From Candidatus Omnitrophota bacterium (GTDB taxonomy: Bacteria > Omnitrophota > Gorgyraeia > Zapsychrales > Zapsychraceae): a DNA stretch of 64,000 nt. The first letter of the stretch is position 1. Each line of letters begins with the position of its first letter. The notes beneath the pieces are model-generated. The model saw nothing but the letters and a program-made list of their open reading frames with translations, did no database searches and was not told the origin of the DNA. This document shows, one piece after another, positions 19,217 through 29,572 of the stretch. The stretch spans positions 11,092 to 75,091 of the forward strand of contig JAHJCZ010000028.1 in NCBI GenBank assembly GCA_018812705.1, written 5' to 3'. The position numbers and the translations under genes were made by a program.

Positions 19217-20725
19217 TTATTCTTTTGGTAATTCTAAACGAGGAAATAAAGCATCATGTGCCTCAAGCTTTAACCCGGATCGCAGTCCGCCCCACTGGGT
19301 ATTTGAACCTAGTGCATTTAATACTTCCAGCACATCTTTTGTCTTAGATGGCATAATCGGCATCAATTGTACGGCAGCTATCCTTAAGGCTTCAGTCGCA
19401 ACATAAAGTATCGTTCCGGCTCTCTTGACATCTTCTTTAGCAACTTTCCATGGTGCTTGATGCTCTAAATATTTGTTTGTCCTGCTTACCAATTTTAGGG
19501 TACTTGCTACTGCTGTATGGATCTCTAATTTCTCGACAGAATCTTCAGTTTCCTTCTCAACCAGGCTAACCATATCAACAATTTCCTTATCAGCATCTGT
19601 CAGCTCACCACAAACGGGAACAATTCCTTCAAAATTCTTTTTTATCAAGCCACTGACCCGATTTAGAAGATTGCCAAAATCATTTGCAAGATCATTATTG
19701 AACCTGGTTATGAATGATTCTAATGTAAAACTGCAATCTTGTCCTAAGACCATCTGCGCCATTAAATAATATCTAACCGCATCGACACCATATTCATCTA
19801 CCAGGTCCAGAGGGCTAACTACATTACCCAAAGACTTGCTCATTTTTGACTCACCGATCAACCACCAGCCGTGCGCAAAGATCTTCTTTGGCAATGGCAA
19901 GCCAAGAGAAAACAACATTGTCGTCCAATAAACAGAATGCGTTGTTAAAATATCCTTTCCAATAAGATGCAAAGAATGTGGCCACCATTTGTTGAATTTT
20001 TCATCATCAGATAAATAGCCTATAGCTGAAATATAATTGATCAATGCATCGAACCAAACATATGTAACATAATCCTTATCGAAAGTAAGCTCTATTCCCC
20101 AGTTCAAACGGTCTTTTGGCCGAGAAATACATAGATCCCCTAAGGGTTGACGCAAAAAACCTAATATTTCGTTCTTTCTTGATTCAGGACAGATAAAATC
20201 TGGATTATCATTAATATGATCGATAAGCTTCTGTTGATATTTACTCATCTTAAAAAAATAATTTTTTTCTTTAAGCTGTTTGATATCCCTAAACTCACCG
20301 GAATCCTTTTCCGTATTAGTTATAAATCTCTCTTCGGAAACAGAATACCATCCTTCATATTCATCAGAATAAATATCACCATTATCATATACCTGCTGTA
20401 ATATCTTTTGAACAACTTCCTTGTGACGAGTTTCAGTAGTTCTAATAAAATCGCTATTTTCTATGTTCAGCTTCTTCCATAGCTGGATGAATCTAGGCGC
20501 GAGGTCATCACAATGTTCTTGTGGGGCCATTCCTCTTTTTTCTGCTGCTTGCTGAACTTTTTGACCATGCTCATCTAATCCAGTCAAGAAATACGTTTCT
20601 TGACCATCAACTTTATGATATCTGGCTAATACATCCGCCAAAATCGTTGTATAAGCATGTCCGATATGCGGCTTATCATTCACATAGTAAATAGGTGTAG
20701 TCACATAGAATTTTTTATCGCTCAT
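19217..20725 (-). CDS. metG: Methionyl-tRNA synthetase (short form without a C-terminal tRNA-binding extension)
   Basis: Class I aaRS HIGH motif (HIGHAYTT) and KMSKS motif (KMSKSLGN). Confidence 0.9.
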   Translation of the reverse strand: MSDKKFYVTTPIYYVNDKPHIGHAYTTILADVLARYHKVDGQETYFLTGLDEHGQKVQQAAEKRGMAPQEHCDDLAPRFIQLWKKLNIENSDFIRTTETRHKEVVQKILQQVYDNGDIYSDEYEGWYSVSEERFITNTEKDSGEFRDIKQLKEKNYFFKMSKYQQKLIDHINDNPDFICPESRKNEILGFLRQPLGDLCISRPKDRLNWGIELTFDKDYVTYVWFDALINYISAIGYLSDDEKFNKWWPHSLHLIGKDILTTHSVYWTTMLFSLGLPLPKKIFAHGWWLIGESKMSKSLGNVVSPLDLVDEYGVDAVRYYLMAQMVLGQDCSFTLESFITRFNNDLANDFGNLLNRVSGLIKKNFEGIVPVCGELTDADKEIVDMVSLVEKETEDSVEKLEIHTAVASTLKLVSRTNKYLEHQAPWKVAKEDVKRAGTILYVATEALRIAAVQLMPIMPSKTKDVLEVLNALGSNTQWGGLRSGLKLEAHDALFPRLELPKE

Positions 20726-21530
20726 TCTCTTTTTGCTTTCCTTCTTTTTGAGGATATACTTTCTTGATTATCTGACCCTCTCCCACATCGATATAAACAA
20801 TTCTTTTCAAGATATTCACATCTATTATTTTTCCTTTTCCTTCAGGGGTATCAATTTTTTCATTTATTCTCGGCAGGTTCTTTGCAGACTCTCTGTACAC
20901 ATTAAATTCATAAGCCATACAGCATTTAATACGGCCACATGACCCTGATATTCTTGAAGGGTTTAAAGGCAACCCTTGTTCTTTTGCCATCTTTATTGAT
21001 AGTGGATGGAACGAGTTCATATATGATGAACAGCAAAACTCCCTGCCACAAACACCGAAGCCACTGACGATCTTCGCTTTATCGCGAACCCCGATCTGCT
21101 TTAACTCAATTCTTACACGAAAAACTCGCGCCAGGTCTTTTACTAGATGGCGAAAATCAATACGCCCATCGGCAGTAAATGAAAATATTATCTTACTGCT
21201 ATCAAAAGTATACTCAGCTTTAACTATCTGCATGTCTAATTTACGGTCAGTGATTTTTCTTATACAAGTGCTCAAAGTATCTTTTGCCTTCATTCTATTA
21301 TTCTCGATCTGCTTTAGATCCCCTTCTGTTGCTTTTCGAAGAACTTTTCCCTTAACACTTTCATTACTTCTTTCTGGCAATCTATCAATTTTAGAAAGTA
21401 CTTTTCCAAATTCGGAACCCCTTTCTACTTCCATGATCACATAATCGCCTCTCTCGCACTCAACGCCATTAAGATCATAAAAATAAACAGGCCTATATTC
21501 TCCCAGCTGTAATTTTACCACTTTACTCAT
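20715..21530 (-). CDS. ricT: PSP1 domain protein, YaaT/RicT-like
   Basis: PSP1 C-terminal-domain-like sequence with a cysteine-rich region (GFGVCGREFCCSSYM, GSCGRIKCCMAYE). Its position between holB and metG matches Bacillus yaaT. Confidence 0.7.
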   Translation of the reverse strand: MSKVVKLQLGEYRPVYFYDLNGVECERGDYVIMEVERGSEFGKVLSKIDRLPERSNESVKGKVLRKATEGDLKQIENNRMKAKDTLSTCIRKITDRKLDMQIVKAEYTFDSSKIIFSFTADGRIDFRHLVKDLARVFRVRIELKQIGVRDKAKIVSGFGVCGREFCCSSYMNSFHPLSIKMAKEQGLPLNPSRISGSCGRIKCCMAYEFNVYRESAKNLPRINEKIDTPEGKGKIIDVNILKRIVYIDVGEGQIIKKVYPQKEGKQKENER

Positions 21531-22492
21531 AACATCTCCTTTATAACTGATATCGGGATCTTCAGATTTAATTTTTCCGATAATAGTTTACATGTTTTTA
21601 TTATTTCTCTATTAAGATCAACAAGCTCCTCAAAAGTAAATCTATCTGCAAAACCTTTCAAGTCCTCTTCTCGATCAATATTAATTAAATTATTCTGCTC
21701 AATATCATGCTTTATCAGCATACAATCACGGATCCAACTTAATAAAACATCAAGGAGTTCTTTTACTTTTTCCTTATCCTCAAGAATTTTCTTGATAACA
21801 TCATCATTCCAACCTTTATACAAAAACCCATCAATTATCTCATTCTTCTTTTGGAACCATTTCTTTTCCTGCAAAAGCTTCACTTTGCCAAAACAGCCTT
21901 CTGCAAAATATGCAAAATATTGTGCAGTTATTTCATCTTCATTATAGTGCTTTTTTATATGTCGGGCTAGATCCTGCTGAGTTGCAGACAAAAACCTTAC
22001 CATATGACATCTTGATTTTATTGTATCTAGATTCTTTTCCGGAACAGAAGTTGTTAAAATTAAGAGGCTGTCCCCCGCCGGCTCTTCAAGGGTTTTTAAT
22101 AATGCGTTCGAACCTTCTAAAGTAATGTTCTCAACATTCTTTATTATAAAGATCTTTTTTTGTGCCATGAACGGCCTTAATTTCACCTGCGTTAAAAGTT
22201 CTCTAATTTGCTCAATTTTTATCTGCTCGCCAAAATCACTATTAATAAAATGAATATCAGGATGGCATGAAGAATCAATCTTTTTACATGAAGAACACTG
22301 ACCACAAAATAACTGCTCTCCTGCAGGTTCACCTTCACAACAAAACATCTTTGCTATCGTCAGGGCAGTCTCAGTTTTTCCAATATGTGCAGAACCAACG
22401 AACAAGTAAGCATGCGCCAAACGTTTGGTGCTCTCGAGATTTTTAAATCTCTCTACAATGGAATAGTTGACTTGTATATCTTTCGTTATCAC
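21527..22492 (-). CDS. holB: DNA polymerase III delta-prime subunit (GTG start in the track)
   Basis: AAA+-like Walker region AHAYLFVGSAHIGKT and the zinc-module cysteines CGQCSSCKK. Confidence 0.8.
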   Translation of the reverse strand: MITKDIQVNYSIVERFKNLESTKRLAHAYLFVGSAHIGKTETALTIAKMFCCEGEPAGEQLFCGQCSSCKKIDSSCHPDIHFINSDFGEQIKIEQIRELLTQVKLRPFMAQKKIFIIKNVENITLEGSNALLKTLEEPAGDSLLILTTSVPEKNLDTIKSRCHMVRFLSATQQDLARHIKKHYNEDEITAQYFAYFAEGCFGKVKLLQEKKWFQKKNEIIDGFLYKGWNDDVIKKILEDKEKVKELLDVLLSWIRDCMLIKHDIEQNNLINIDREEDLKGFADRFTFEELVDLNREIIKTCKLLSEKLNLKIPISVIKEML

Positions 22493-22500
22493 ATAAACCT

Positions 22501-23130
22501 TTATATTTTCAGTAATTTATCAACATGCTGTTTTACAATTGCCTGGATATCTTCAATGCTCTTATTTACAGTTATTAACCGGATCCTTTTTGATTCCTTT
22601 TTAGCTAATTCTAAATAACCTTTTCTTACCCTTTTATGATAAGCAATCGTTCTTTGCTCAATGCGGTCCTTTATCCTACTAGTACGAGACAGACCTTTTG
22701 CTGTATCAATATCAAATATTATCGTTAGATCAGGCTTTATCGAATTAGTAGCAAAATCCCCGATTTTTTTTATTTTATCAACATCAACACCATTTCCATA
22801 TCCCTGATAAGCTATCGTAGAATCAAGAAATCGATCACAGAGAACGATCTTTCCTTGCCTCAAAGCTGGAAGGATCACTTCCTTAACTAACTGTGCACGT
22901 GCAGCCATGTAAAGAAGCGTCTCGCACTCATCTGACATATTTGTATTCTTAACATCCAATAAAATATCCCTTATCTTTTCACTTATCTTTACACCCCCAG
23001 GCTCTCTAACAAAAAGAATCTGTTTTTTGTTCGCTTTTAAATGCTTGCACGTCAATTCTATTTGCGTACTTTTCCCGGAACCTTCTGACCCTTCAAAAGT
23101 AATGAATTTGCCCTTCATGCTCTTCTCCAT
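22501..23130 (-). CDS. tmk: Thymidylate kinase
   Basis: P-loop FITFEGSEGSGKSTQ and the DRF/LID region. Confidence 0.85.
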   Translation of the reverse strand: MEKSMKGKFITFEGSEGSGKSTQIELTCKHLKANKKQILFVREPGGVKISEKIRDILLDVKNTNMSDECETLLYMAARAQLVKEVILPALRQGKIVLCDRFLDSTIAYQGYGNGVDVDKIKKIGDFATNSIKPDLTIIFDIDTAKGLSRTSRIKDRIEQRTIAYHKRVRKGYLELAKKESKRIRLITVNKSIEDIQAIVKQHVDKLLKI

Positions 23131-24488
23131 GTATGTCCATCCTTGCCGTCTTCAACAATAATACCAATATCTTTTAACTTGTCCCGAATATCATCAGATC
23201 TTTTATAATCCTTTTGTGCTCTTGCATTAATTCTTTCATCAATGAGCATTTGTTCTGCATCAGTTAATCCTTGGGCTTGATCATCATTAAGGGAGAGACC
23301 AAAAGTATTCTGACAAAGCTCAACAATTACCTTAGCAGCGTCAACATACATCTGTTCATAAGATGACTTATTAACCTCTGTTATCATTTCGAAAATAACG
23401 CCCAAAGCTTTTGGCGTATTAAAATCATCATCCATAGTTCCAATAAATCTATTTCTATAATCTTCAATAACCGCGTCAATAGAGCTAACTGTAACGTGGT
23501 CAGTTTTTGCGCTTGCCTCTGACAAGAATATTTTTATCTTCTGTATCTTTTTATGCGATTCTTCAATGTTCTTATCAGAAAAATCTATTTCACTGGAATA
23601 ATGAGAAGACAAGAAAAACATCTTAATATCATCAACACCATATTTCTCTAAAGCCTCTTCTACAGTAATAAAATTCCCTAATGACTTCGCCATTTTTTGG
23701 CCATCTATTTTCAATAATCCATGATGTATCCAATATTTTGCAAATGGTTTTCCTGTCAAAGCTTCGCTTTGAGCAATTTCATTTTCATGATGAGGAAAAA
23801 CAAGATCTCTGCCTCCTGCATGAATATCTAAAGTATCACACCCAAGCTCTTTCATGCTCATAACAGAACATTCAATATGCCACCCAGGCCGCCCTTCTCC
23901 CCAAGGACTTGGCCAAGAAGGCTCTCCCTCTTTAGATCTCTTCCAAAGAACAAAATCCAGGGGATCTTTCTTTTTAGAATCTGCTTCTATTCTGACGCCC
24001 TCAAGCATTTTCTCAATACTTTGACCCGACAACTTGCCATAATTCTCAAATTTACGAACCTTAAAATAAACATCACCATCTGATTCATAGGCAAAGCCTT
24101 TATCGATCAAAGTTTGAATATGAGTCTTCATGCCATCTATGTTATGAGTTGCTCTAGGTTCAATATCCGCTTTATCGACTTTAAGCATTTCAAGGTCATT
24201 CTCATAAAGAGAAATATTTTCCTCTACGACATCTTCAAATTTTTTCCCTAATTGATTGGCTTTAGCAATGATCTTATCGTCAACATCTGTAATGTTCCGA
24301 ACAAAGGTCACATCAAATCCGGAATTCTTCAAATGCCTTCTGATCACGTCAAATATGTATAAACTTCTAGCATGCCCAATATGGCACTTGTCATAAACAG
24401 TCACTACGCAAGAATACATATTTACTTTATTGCCATTTATTGGCACAAACTCTTCTTTTTCTCTCGTTAATGAATTATATATCTTCAA
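23115..24488 (-). CDS. cysS: Cysteinyl-tRNA synthetase
   Basis: HIGH motif (CHIGHARS), KMSKS motif (KMAKSLGN), and the zinc-binding cysteines. Confidence 0.9.
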   Translation of the reverse strand: MKIYNSLTREKEEFVPINGNKVNMYSCVVTVYDKCHIGHARSLYIFDVIRRHLKNSGFDVTFVRNITDVDDKIIAKANQLGKKFEDVVEENISLYENDLEMLKVDKADIEPRATHNIDGMKTHIQTLIDKGFAYESDGDVYFKVRKFENYGKLSGQSIEKMLEGVRIEADSKKKDPLDFVLWKRSKEGEPSWPSPWGEGRPGWHIECSVMSMKELGCDTLDIHAGGRDLVFPHHENEIAQSEALTGKPFAKYWIHHGLLKIDGQKMAKSLGNFITVEEALEKYGVDDIKMFFLSSHYSSEIDFSDKNIEESHKKIQKIKIFLSEASAKTDHVTVSSIDAVIEDYRNRFIGTMDDDFNTPKALGVIFEMITEVNKSSYEQMYVDAAKVIVELCQNTFGLSLNDDQAQGLTDAEQMLIDERINARAQKDYKRSDDIRDKLKDIGIIVEDGKDGHTWRRA

Positions 24489-24490
24489 GT

Positions 24491-25192
24491 CTACTTACCC
24501 CCATCCTTACCCTTTAGCTTGCTTTCAAGTGAATCAATTCTCTCTTGCAATTCTTCCATTTTTTGCATGACCGGGTCCAGAACGTGTATATGATCCATCA
24601 TTTTATCTATTTTCTTTCCATCTTGCTTTGTAACTTTCCCAGGAACACCTACAACTGTTGTGTTTTCAGGTACTGATTGAAGCACTACAGCGTTAGCGCC
24701 TACATAAGAATTTGACCCAATAGTTATATTGCCTAGTATCTTTGCTCCTGCACCAACAACAATATTATCTCCCAATGTAGGATGCCTTTTCCCCGTCTCT
24801 TTACCAGTCCCTCCTAAAGTTACACCCTGAAACAAAGTGACATTTTCTCCAATTATTGATGTTTCTCCAATAACAACACCCATACCATGATCAACAAAAC
24901 AGCCTCTGCCAATTTGTGCTGCAGGATGAATTTCTATCCCAGTAAAAAACCTAGCGACCTTTGATATTATGTCTGGGATAATAGGGATTTTTTTCTTAAA
25001 TAAACCATGCGCTATCCTATATGCAATAATGGCATGAAGACCAGGATACAACAGGACAATCTCTATAAAACTTTTTGCAGCAGGATCTTTTTCTTTAGAT
25101 GATTCAATCTCTTGTTTAAAAAATATTGTTACCAAAAGCACAAAACCTGCAATGGCCAGAACAATGATCATTAATAGATTTAATATTCCCAT
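24491..25192 (-). CDS. cysE: Serine O-acetyltransferase, Bacillus-type short form. The start is uncertain: the track ORF extends to 25279, overlapping ispF.
   Basis: DPAAKSFIEIVLLYPGLHAI...GIEIHPAAQIGRGCFVDHGMGVVIGET hexapeptide-repeat SAT signature, closely resembling Firmicutes CysE, with a coiled C-terminal tail. Confidence 0.75.
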   Translation of the reverse strand: MGILNLLMIIVLAIAGFVLLVTIFFKQEIESSKEKDPAAKSFIEIVLLYPGLHAIIAYRIAHGLFKKKIPIIPDIISKVARFFTGIEIHPAAQIGRGCFVDHGMGVVIGETSIIGENVTLFQGVTLGGTGKETGKRHPTLGDNIVVGAGAKILGNITIGSNSYVGANAVVLQSVPENTTVVGVPGKVTKQDGKKIDKMMDHIHVLDPVMQKMEELQERIDSLESKLKGKDGGK

Positions 25193-25227
25193 AATCTCCT
25201 CACAATCCTTAAAATTAAAAAATACTG

Positions 25228-25722
25228 TTACATTTTTTTGATCAATAAAACTGTTGCAAAGGCAGCAATACCTTCGCAATTTCCTATTGGTCCTAACTTC
25301 TCAAGAGTGGTTGCTTTTATATTTACACGTTCTTCATCAACTGCTAATTCATAAGCTATATGAAATCTCATCTGAGATTTGTATTGTTTTAAATTTGGCT
25401 CTTGAGCTTGAATGATCGTATCTACATTGCTGATAACATACCCTTCTTCCGTAACAAGATCGCTCACTTTTTTTAACAACTGCATGCTTGAGATATCTTT
25501 ATATTTTTCATCAGTATCAGGGAAGTGTTCCCCAATATCACCTTTGCCGATTGCACCTAATAAAGCATCCGAAATCGCATGAAGCAAAACATCTGCATCA
25601 GAATGACCAAGCAATCCTTTTGAATATGGTATCTCTACACCACCAATAATAAGTTTTCTTCCCGGAACCAAACGGTGAACATCATACCCAATACCAATTC
25701 TCTGTTGAATATTATTTTCCAT
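25228..25722 (-). CDS. ispF: 2-C-methyl-D-erythritol 2,4-cyclodiphosphate synthase
   Basis: IGIGYDVHRL...GHSDADV motifs. Confidence 0.85.
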   Translation of the reverse strand: MENNIQQRIGIGYDVHRLVPGRKLIIGGVEIPYSKGLLGHSDADVLLHAISDALLGAIGKGDIGEHFPDTDEKYKDISSMQLLKKVSDLVTEEGYVISNVDTIIQAQEPNLKQYKSQMRFHIAYELAVDEERVNIKATTLEKLGPIGNCEGIAAFATVLLIKKM

Positions 25723-25733
25723 ATTAGATAACC

Positions 25734-26417
25734 TTAATTACAAATTTGTTTTAAAAATGCTTCTGCAACGACAATATCTTCTTTAGTAGTCACTTTGATG
25801 TTCCTATAATCCCCTTTTAATATTTTCACTTTCACTCCGATCTGTTCAACTAAGAACGCATCATCTGTAGGCGCATCAGAAATATTTTGCTCGTGTGCTT
25901 TGACAAGTATCTCTTTCTTGAAAACCTGAGGGGTCTGCACTTCCCAAAGTTCATTTCTATTCAAAGTCTCTTCAACGAACAGATCCTCACCAACTCTTTT
26001 GATCGTTGGCTTAACTTCAACGGCAACAATGACCGCATCATGTTCATTTGTTAATTCAATCGACCTATCAACTATATCGACAGTAATTAACGGCCTTGCT
26101 CCATCATGAACAAGCACAATATCTGTGTCTTCATCTATCTCCTGCAAGCCATTATTAACTGATACAAATCTTGTATCTCCGCCAACAACTATCTTCTTAA
26201 CTTTCTTGATACCATATTGCTCAATTATCTCTTTAAAATTTTCAATAAACTTCTCTTGAGTGACAACTACTACGCTATCTATTAAAGAGCTGCTTTCAAA
26301 AGCTTTTAAAGAATAAACAAAGATCGGAATATTGCAAATAGAAAGAAGGGCCTTTGGCCCACTAGCCTTCAATCTGGTCCCAAATCCTGCTATTGCAAGT
26401 ATTGCTTGTGTTTTCAT
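25734..26417 (-). CDS. ispD: 2-C-methyl-D-erythritol 4-phosphate cytidylyltransferase
   Basis: N-terminal AILAIAGFGTRL nucleotide-binding motif. It lies upstream of ispF as in many genomes. Confidence 0.85.
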   Translation of the reverse strand: MKTQAILAIAGFGTRLKASGPKALLSICNIPIFVYSLKAFESSSLIDSVVVVTQEKFIENFKEIIEQYGIKKVKKIVVGGDTRFVSVNNGLQEIDEDTDIVLVHDGARPLITVDIVDRSIELTNEHDAVIVAVEVKPTIKRVGEDLFVEETLNRNELWEVQTPQVFKKEILVKAHEQNISDAPTDDAFLVEQIGVKVKILKGDYRNIKVTTKEDIVVAEAFLKQICN

Positions 26418-27418
26418 TGATGATTATTTTCACTTTCATCATAAGCTAGTTTCGCAAAAACCATTTTTCCAGCCTGATTTTGCAAGACAGAGGTGATCAT
26501 AACCTTAACGGTTTTACCTATAAGGTGCTTAGCTCCGCCGACAACTATCATTGTTCCATCATCAAGATAAGCCAAGGCCTGGTCAGACTCTTTGCCTTCT
26601 TTTACAAGCTTAATTTCAACTTTCTCTCCCACAAAAATCACAAACTTCATGGCATTAAAAAGCTCATGAACATTAAGAATATCTACATTTTGCAAAGCCG
26701 CAACTTGACTTAAATTAAAATCAGTCGTACAAACCTTTGCATCGATCAATTTTGCAAGTCTAACCAATTCAGTATCAACATCATCTTTGATGGCTAGCTC
26801 ATCTTCGCGGATCCTAATATCTATCTTTGGGTCCTTTTGCATGGAATTAAGCAGCTCAATGCCTCTTCTGCCTTTTTGCCTTTTCAGGTCATCCTGCGAA
26901 TCAGCCAATTTTTGCAATTCCTTCAAAACAAATTCCGGGACAATTAACCTTCCCGGAACAAATTTTGTTTTGTATATTTCAAAAATTCTGCCATCAATGA
27001 TAGCACTTGTATCCACAAGAACATTCTCTTCCCGGACATCCTGCCTTCTAAATCGAACATAAGGAATTATAATATTAAATTCATCCTTACCCCTTAAAGC
27101 AATAACAGCTCCTAGATATGAAAAGACTATTGTTAATATTACTCTTGATGTTGATTGAACAAAATCACCCAAATGCAATAAAGCAAGTATGTCAGATATA
27201 AGCTTAGCCATTACAATACCCAGCAAAAGGCCAAAGACCATGCTGGACAATCCTCTAACAGAGACCTTGTGCAATCTTCTTTCTAAAAATATCAAAACAA
27301 GCCCGCTCAAAAGACCGAGCTCCAAACCTAGAATGTTAGATTCAAGTATTGACCCAATATAAAAACCAACGATCCCGCTTAAGATAAAAAAGAAGACGCG
27401 TATGAACAACAATGTCAT
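26414..27418 (-). CDS. yacL: Membrane-anchored PIN/TRAM domain protein (YacL-like)
   Basis: N-terminal TM helices, a PIN-like central domain and a C-terminal TRAM-like beta domain. Its position between radA and ispD matches Bacillus yacL. Confidence 0.7.
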   Translation of the reverse strand: MTLLFIRVFFFILSGIVGFYIGSILESNILGLELGLLSGLVLIFLERRLHKVSVRGLSSMVFGLLLGIVMAKLISDILALLHLGDFVQSTSRVILTIVFSYLGAVIALRGKDEFNIIIPYVRFRRQDVREENVLVDTSAIIDGRIFEIYKTKFVPGRLIVPEFVLKELQKLADSQDDLKRQKGRRGIELLNSMQKDPKIDIRIREDELAIKDDVDTELVRLAKLIDAKVCTTDFNLSQVAALQNVDILNVHELFNAMKFVIFVGEKVEIKLVKEGKESDQALAYLDDGTMIVVGGAKHLIGKTVKVMITSVLQNQAGKMVFAKLAYDESENNHQ

Positions 27419-27439
27419 TGTTACCCCCAGTTTAAAGTG

Positions 27440-28807
27440 TTACTTAGATAAATAATTTAGAGCTTCTTTTACAGTTTCTACAGGTATTATTTCGATCTTG
27501 AAAGATTTTAATTCCTCTTGAGACTTAAGATTATTCTTCGGAATTATACATTTCTTAAAGCCAAGCTTTTGAGCTTCATTGACCCGGGAAACAACCTGAC
27601 TAACACTTCTTACTTCTGATGACAACCCCACCTCGCCAAAAACAACTGTATCACTTGCAACAGGTTTATCTAAAAGCGCGGAAGCAATCGCAATAGAAAC
27701 GGCCAGATCTGCAGCTGGATCGATCACTCTTACCCCTCCTACCACATTCAAAAAAACATCCTTGTCCCCCAAGTTCATACCCAATCTTTTATCTAGAACA
27801 GCGATCAACAACGCCAGACGATTCGCATCAAATCCTTGAGCCTTTTGCCTAACAACACCAAAAGTAGATCTGCTGACCAAGCCTTGTATTTCAACCAAGA
27901 ACGGCCTTGTTCCTTCCATGATCGGAATAACAACTGAACCAGAAGTGTTCTTGGGCCGCTCTGATAAAAAGATCTCTGAAGGATTAGGGACTTCCTTCAA
28001 ACCAAAAGATGTCATTTCAAAGACACCTATTTCATTTGTTGAACCAAATCTATTCTTTGTTGCTCTAAGAACTCTGTATGTTGAATATCTCTCTCCTTCA
28101 AAATAAAGAACAGTATCAACAATGTGCTCTAAAACTCTTGGACCAGCTAACAAACCTTCTTTAGTTACATGCCCAATAATAAACAGGGAAATTCCTTTTG
28201 TCTTAGCAATATGGGTAAGTATCGCAGCGCATTCTCTAACTTGGCTTACACTTCCAGGAGTCGATGTCAATTCTGAGTGAGAAACAACTTGTATCGAATC
28301 AACTACAACGACATCCGGGCCCAGATCCTCAATATGTTTAATAATTGTTTTAAGATCGACCTGATTAACGATATATAGCGAATCATTATCCTTATTGCTC
28401 AAGCGATTCGCACGCATCATCGTTTGCTTTACAGATTCCTCGCCGCTAACATAAAGGACCTTTATACCTTTTTTGCCTAAAGAGCACCCGATTTGAAGAG
28501 ATAATGTAGATTTTCCTATCCCTGGATCTCCGCCTATTAACGTAACAGACCCTAAAACGATCCCGCCGCCTATAACTGAATCAAATTCTGCAATATCTGT
28601 TAATAATCTATTCTCATCTTTAATTAATACATCTGCTAAAAGAACAGGCTCATCTTTATAAACAACACTTCCCCGCTTACTTGCATCAACGGGCGTATTA
28701 TTTTCTTCAACGAATGTATTCCAGCCATCACAATTTGAACATTTCCCGATCCATCTTGGCGACTGTGTTCCGCATTCTTGGCAAACAAATATTGTTTTAG
28801 TTTTCAT
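27440..28807 (-). CDS. radA: DNA repair protein RadA/Sms
   Basis: N-terminal C4 zinc finger CQECG...CSNCDGWN, RecA-like Walker A GGDPGIGKSTL, KNRFG motif and a Lon-like C-terminal domain. Confidence 0.9.
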   Translation of the reverse strand: MKTKTIFVCQECGTQSPRWIGKCSNCDGWNTFVEENNTPVDASKRGSVVYKDEPVLLADVLIKDENRLLTDIAEFDSVIGGGIVLGSVTLIGGDPGIGKSTLSLQIGCSLGKKGIKVLYVSGEESVKQTMMRANRLSNKDNDSLYIVNQVDLKTIIKHIEDLGPDVVVVDSIQVVSHSELTSTPGSVSQVRECAAILTHIAKTKGISLFIIGHVTKEGLLAGPRVLEHIVDTVLYFEGERYSTYRVLRATKNRFGSTNEIGVFEMTSFGLKEVPNPSEIFLSERPKNTSGSVVIPIMEGTRPFLVEIQGLVSRSTFGVVRQKAQGFDANRLALLIAVLDKRLGMNLGDKDVFLNVVGGVRVIDPAADLAVSIAIASALLDKPVASDTVVFGEVGLSSEVRSVSQVVSRVNEAQKLGFKKCIIPKNNLKSQEELKSFKIEIIPVETVKEALNYLSK

Positions 28808-28815
28808 TTTAATAT

Positions 28816-29553
28816 TTACTCTTTTATTTTTTTCCTCTTAGGCCTATGCAAAAGCTTCCATGGATTAGCTTTTAGATCAGCACTTAAACTCTCCAGATTT
28901 TCATAAATGTCATCATCATACAACAGCCGGCCGACAGTACCGCTTCCACCCTTTACATCAGCAATGATCTCATCCAAACTTAAGGTAATTGAAGACAAGC
29001 TCTTTAATGCCAGTTCAACAGATTCAAGATTCGTTTCATTTTGAATTAATTTGTTCACTCCGTCAGCAGTATGCTCAAGTTTATCTGCAACCTTCATAAC
29101 TCTTTCAGACATAGCTTCCTGGGAAATAGGATCCTTACCTTTGAGCACTTGCCCTTCTTTTAAAAAGTTGACCCTGTCTTTTCCCGGCAAGATCTCAATA
29201 TATTTTTCGCCCATTAATCCTAGCTGGTTGATCAGAACGATCGAATCACCTGGTATCATTGATCCCTTTTTGATCCATAAAGAAATATCAACCTTTGTCT
29301 TTCCATCTGCATCATCAAAGAACAGCTTTATTTCTTTTACAATACCCTCATCAACACCAGCGATCCTTACAGGTGCATTCTTTTTCAAACCATTCGCGAA
29401 CTCAAAAACTACTTTTATCAGTTGTCCTCCTTCAAAAACTGTCGTATCAGATACCGAAAAAACAAAAAATGTCAGTCCCAGAAATGCAATAAGAACGAAC
29501 AATCCAACTTTAAAAGCAAGTTTTGATTCCCTAGGCATAATGGTGTCCCCCAA
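28816..29553 (-). CDS. mlaD: MCE-domain protein MlaD
   Basis: N-terminal TM anchor plus an MCE domain. It lies downstream of mlaE and mlaF. Confidence 0.7.
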   Translation of the reverse strand: MGDTIMPRESKLAFKVGLFVLIAFLGLTFFVFSVSDTTVFEGGQLIKVVFEFANGLKKNAPVRIAGVDEGIVKEIKLFFDDADGKTKVDISLWIKKGSMIPGDSIVLINQLGLMGEKYIEILPGKDRVNFLKEGQVLKGKDPISQEAMSERVMKVADKLEHTADGVNKLIQNETNLESVELALKSLSSITLSLDEIIADVKGGSGTVGRLLYDDDIYENLESLSADLKANPWKLLHRPKRKKIKE

Positions 29554-29572
29554 AGTTAAAGTATTCTAATTT

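Noticed and set aside
24491-25279. CysE with a transmembrane N-terminus and a 52-nt overlap with ispF
   Set aside because: The overlap probably comes from the track choosing the longest alternative-start ORF. An internal ATG (MGILN...) preceded by GAGGAG gives a normal-sized Bacillus-like CysE. The hydrophobic stretch then becomes a short N-terminal helix.
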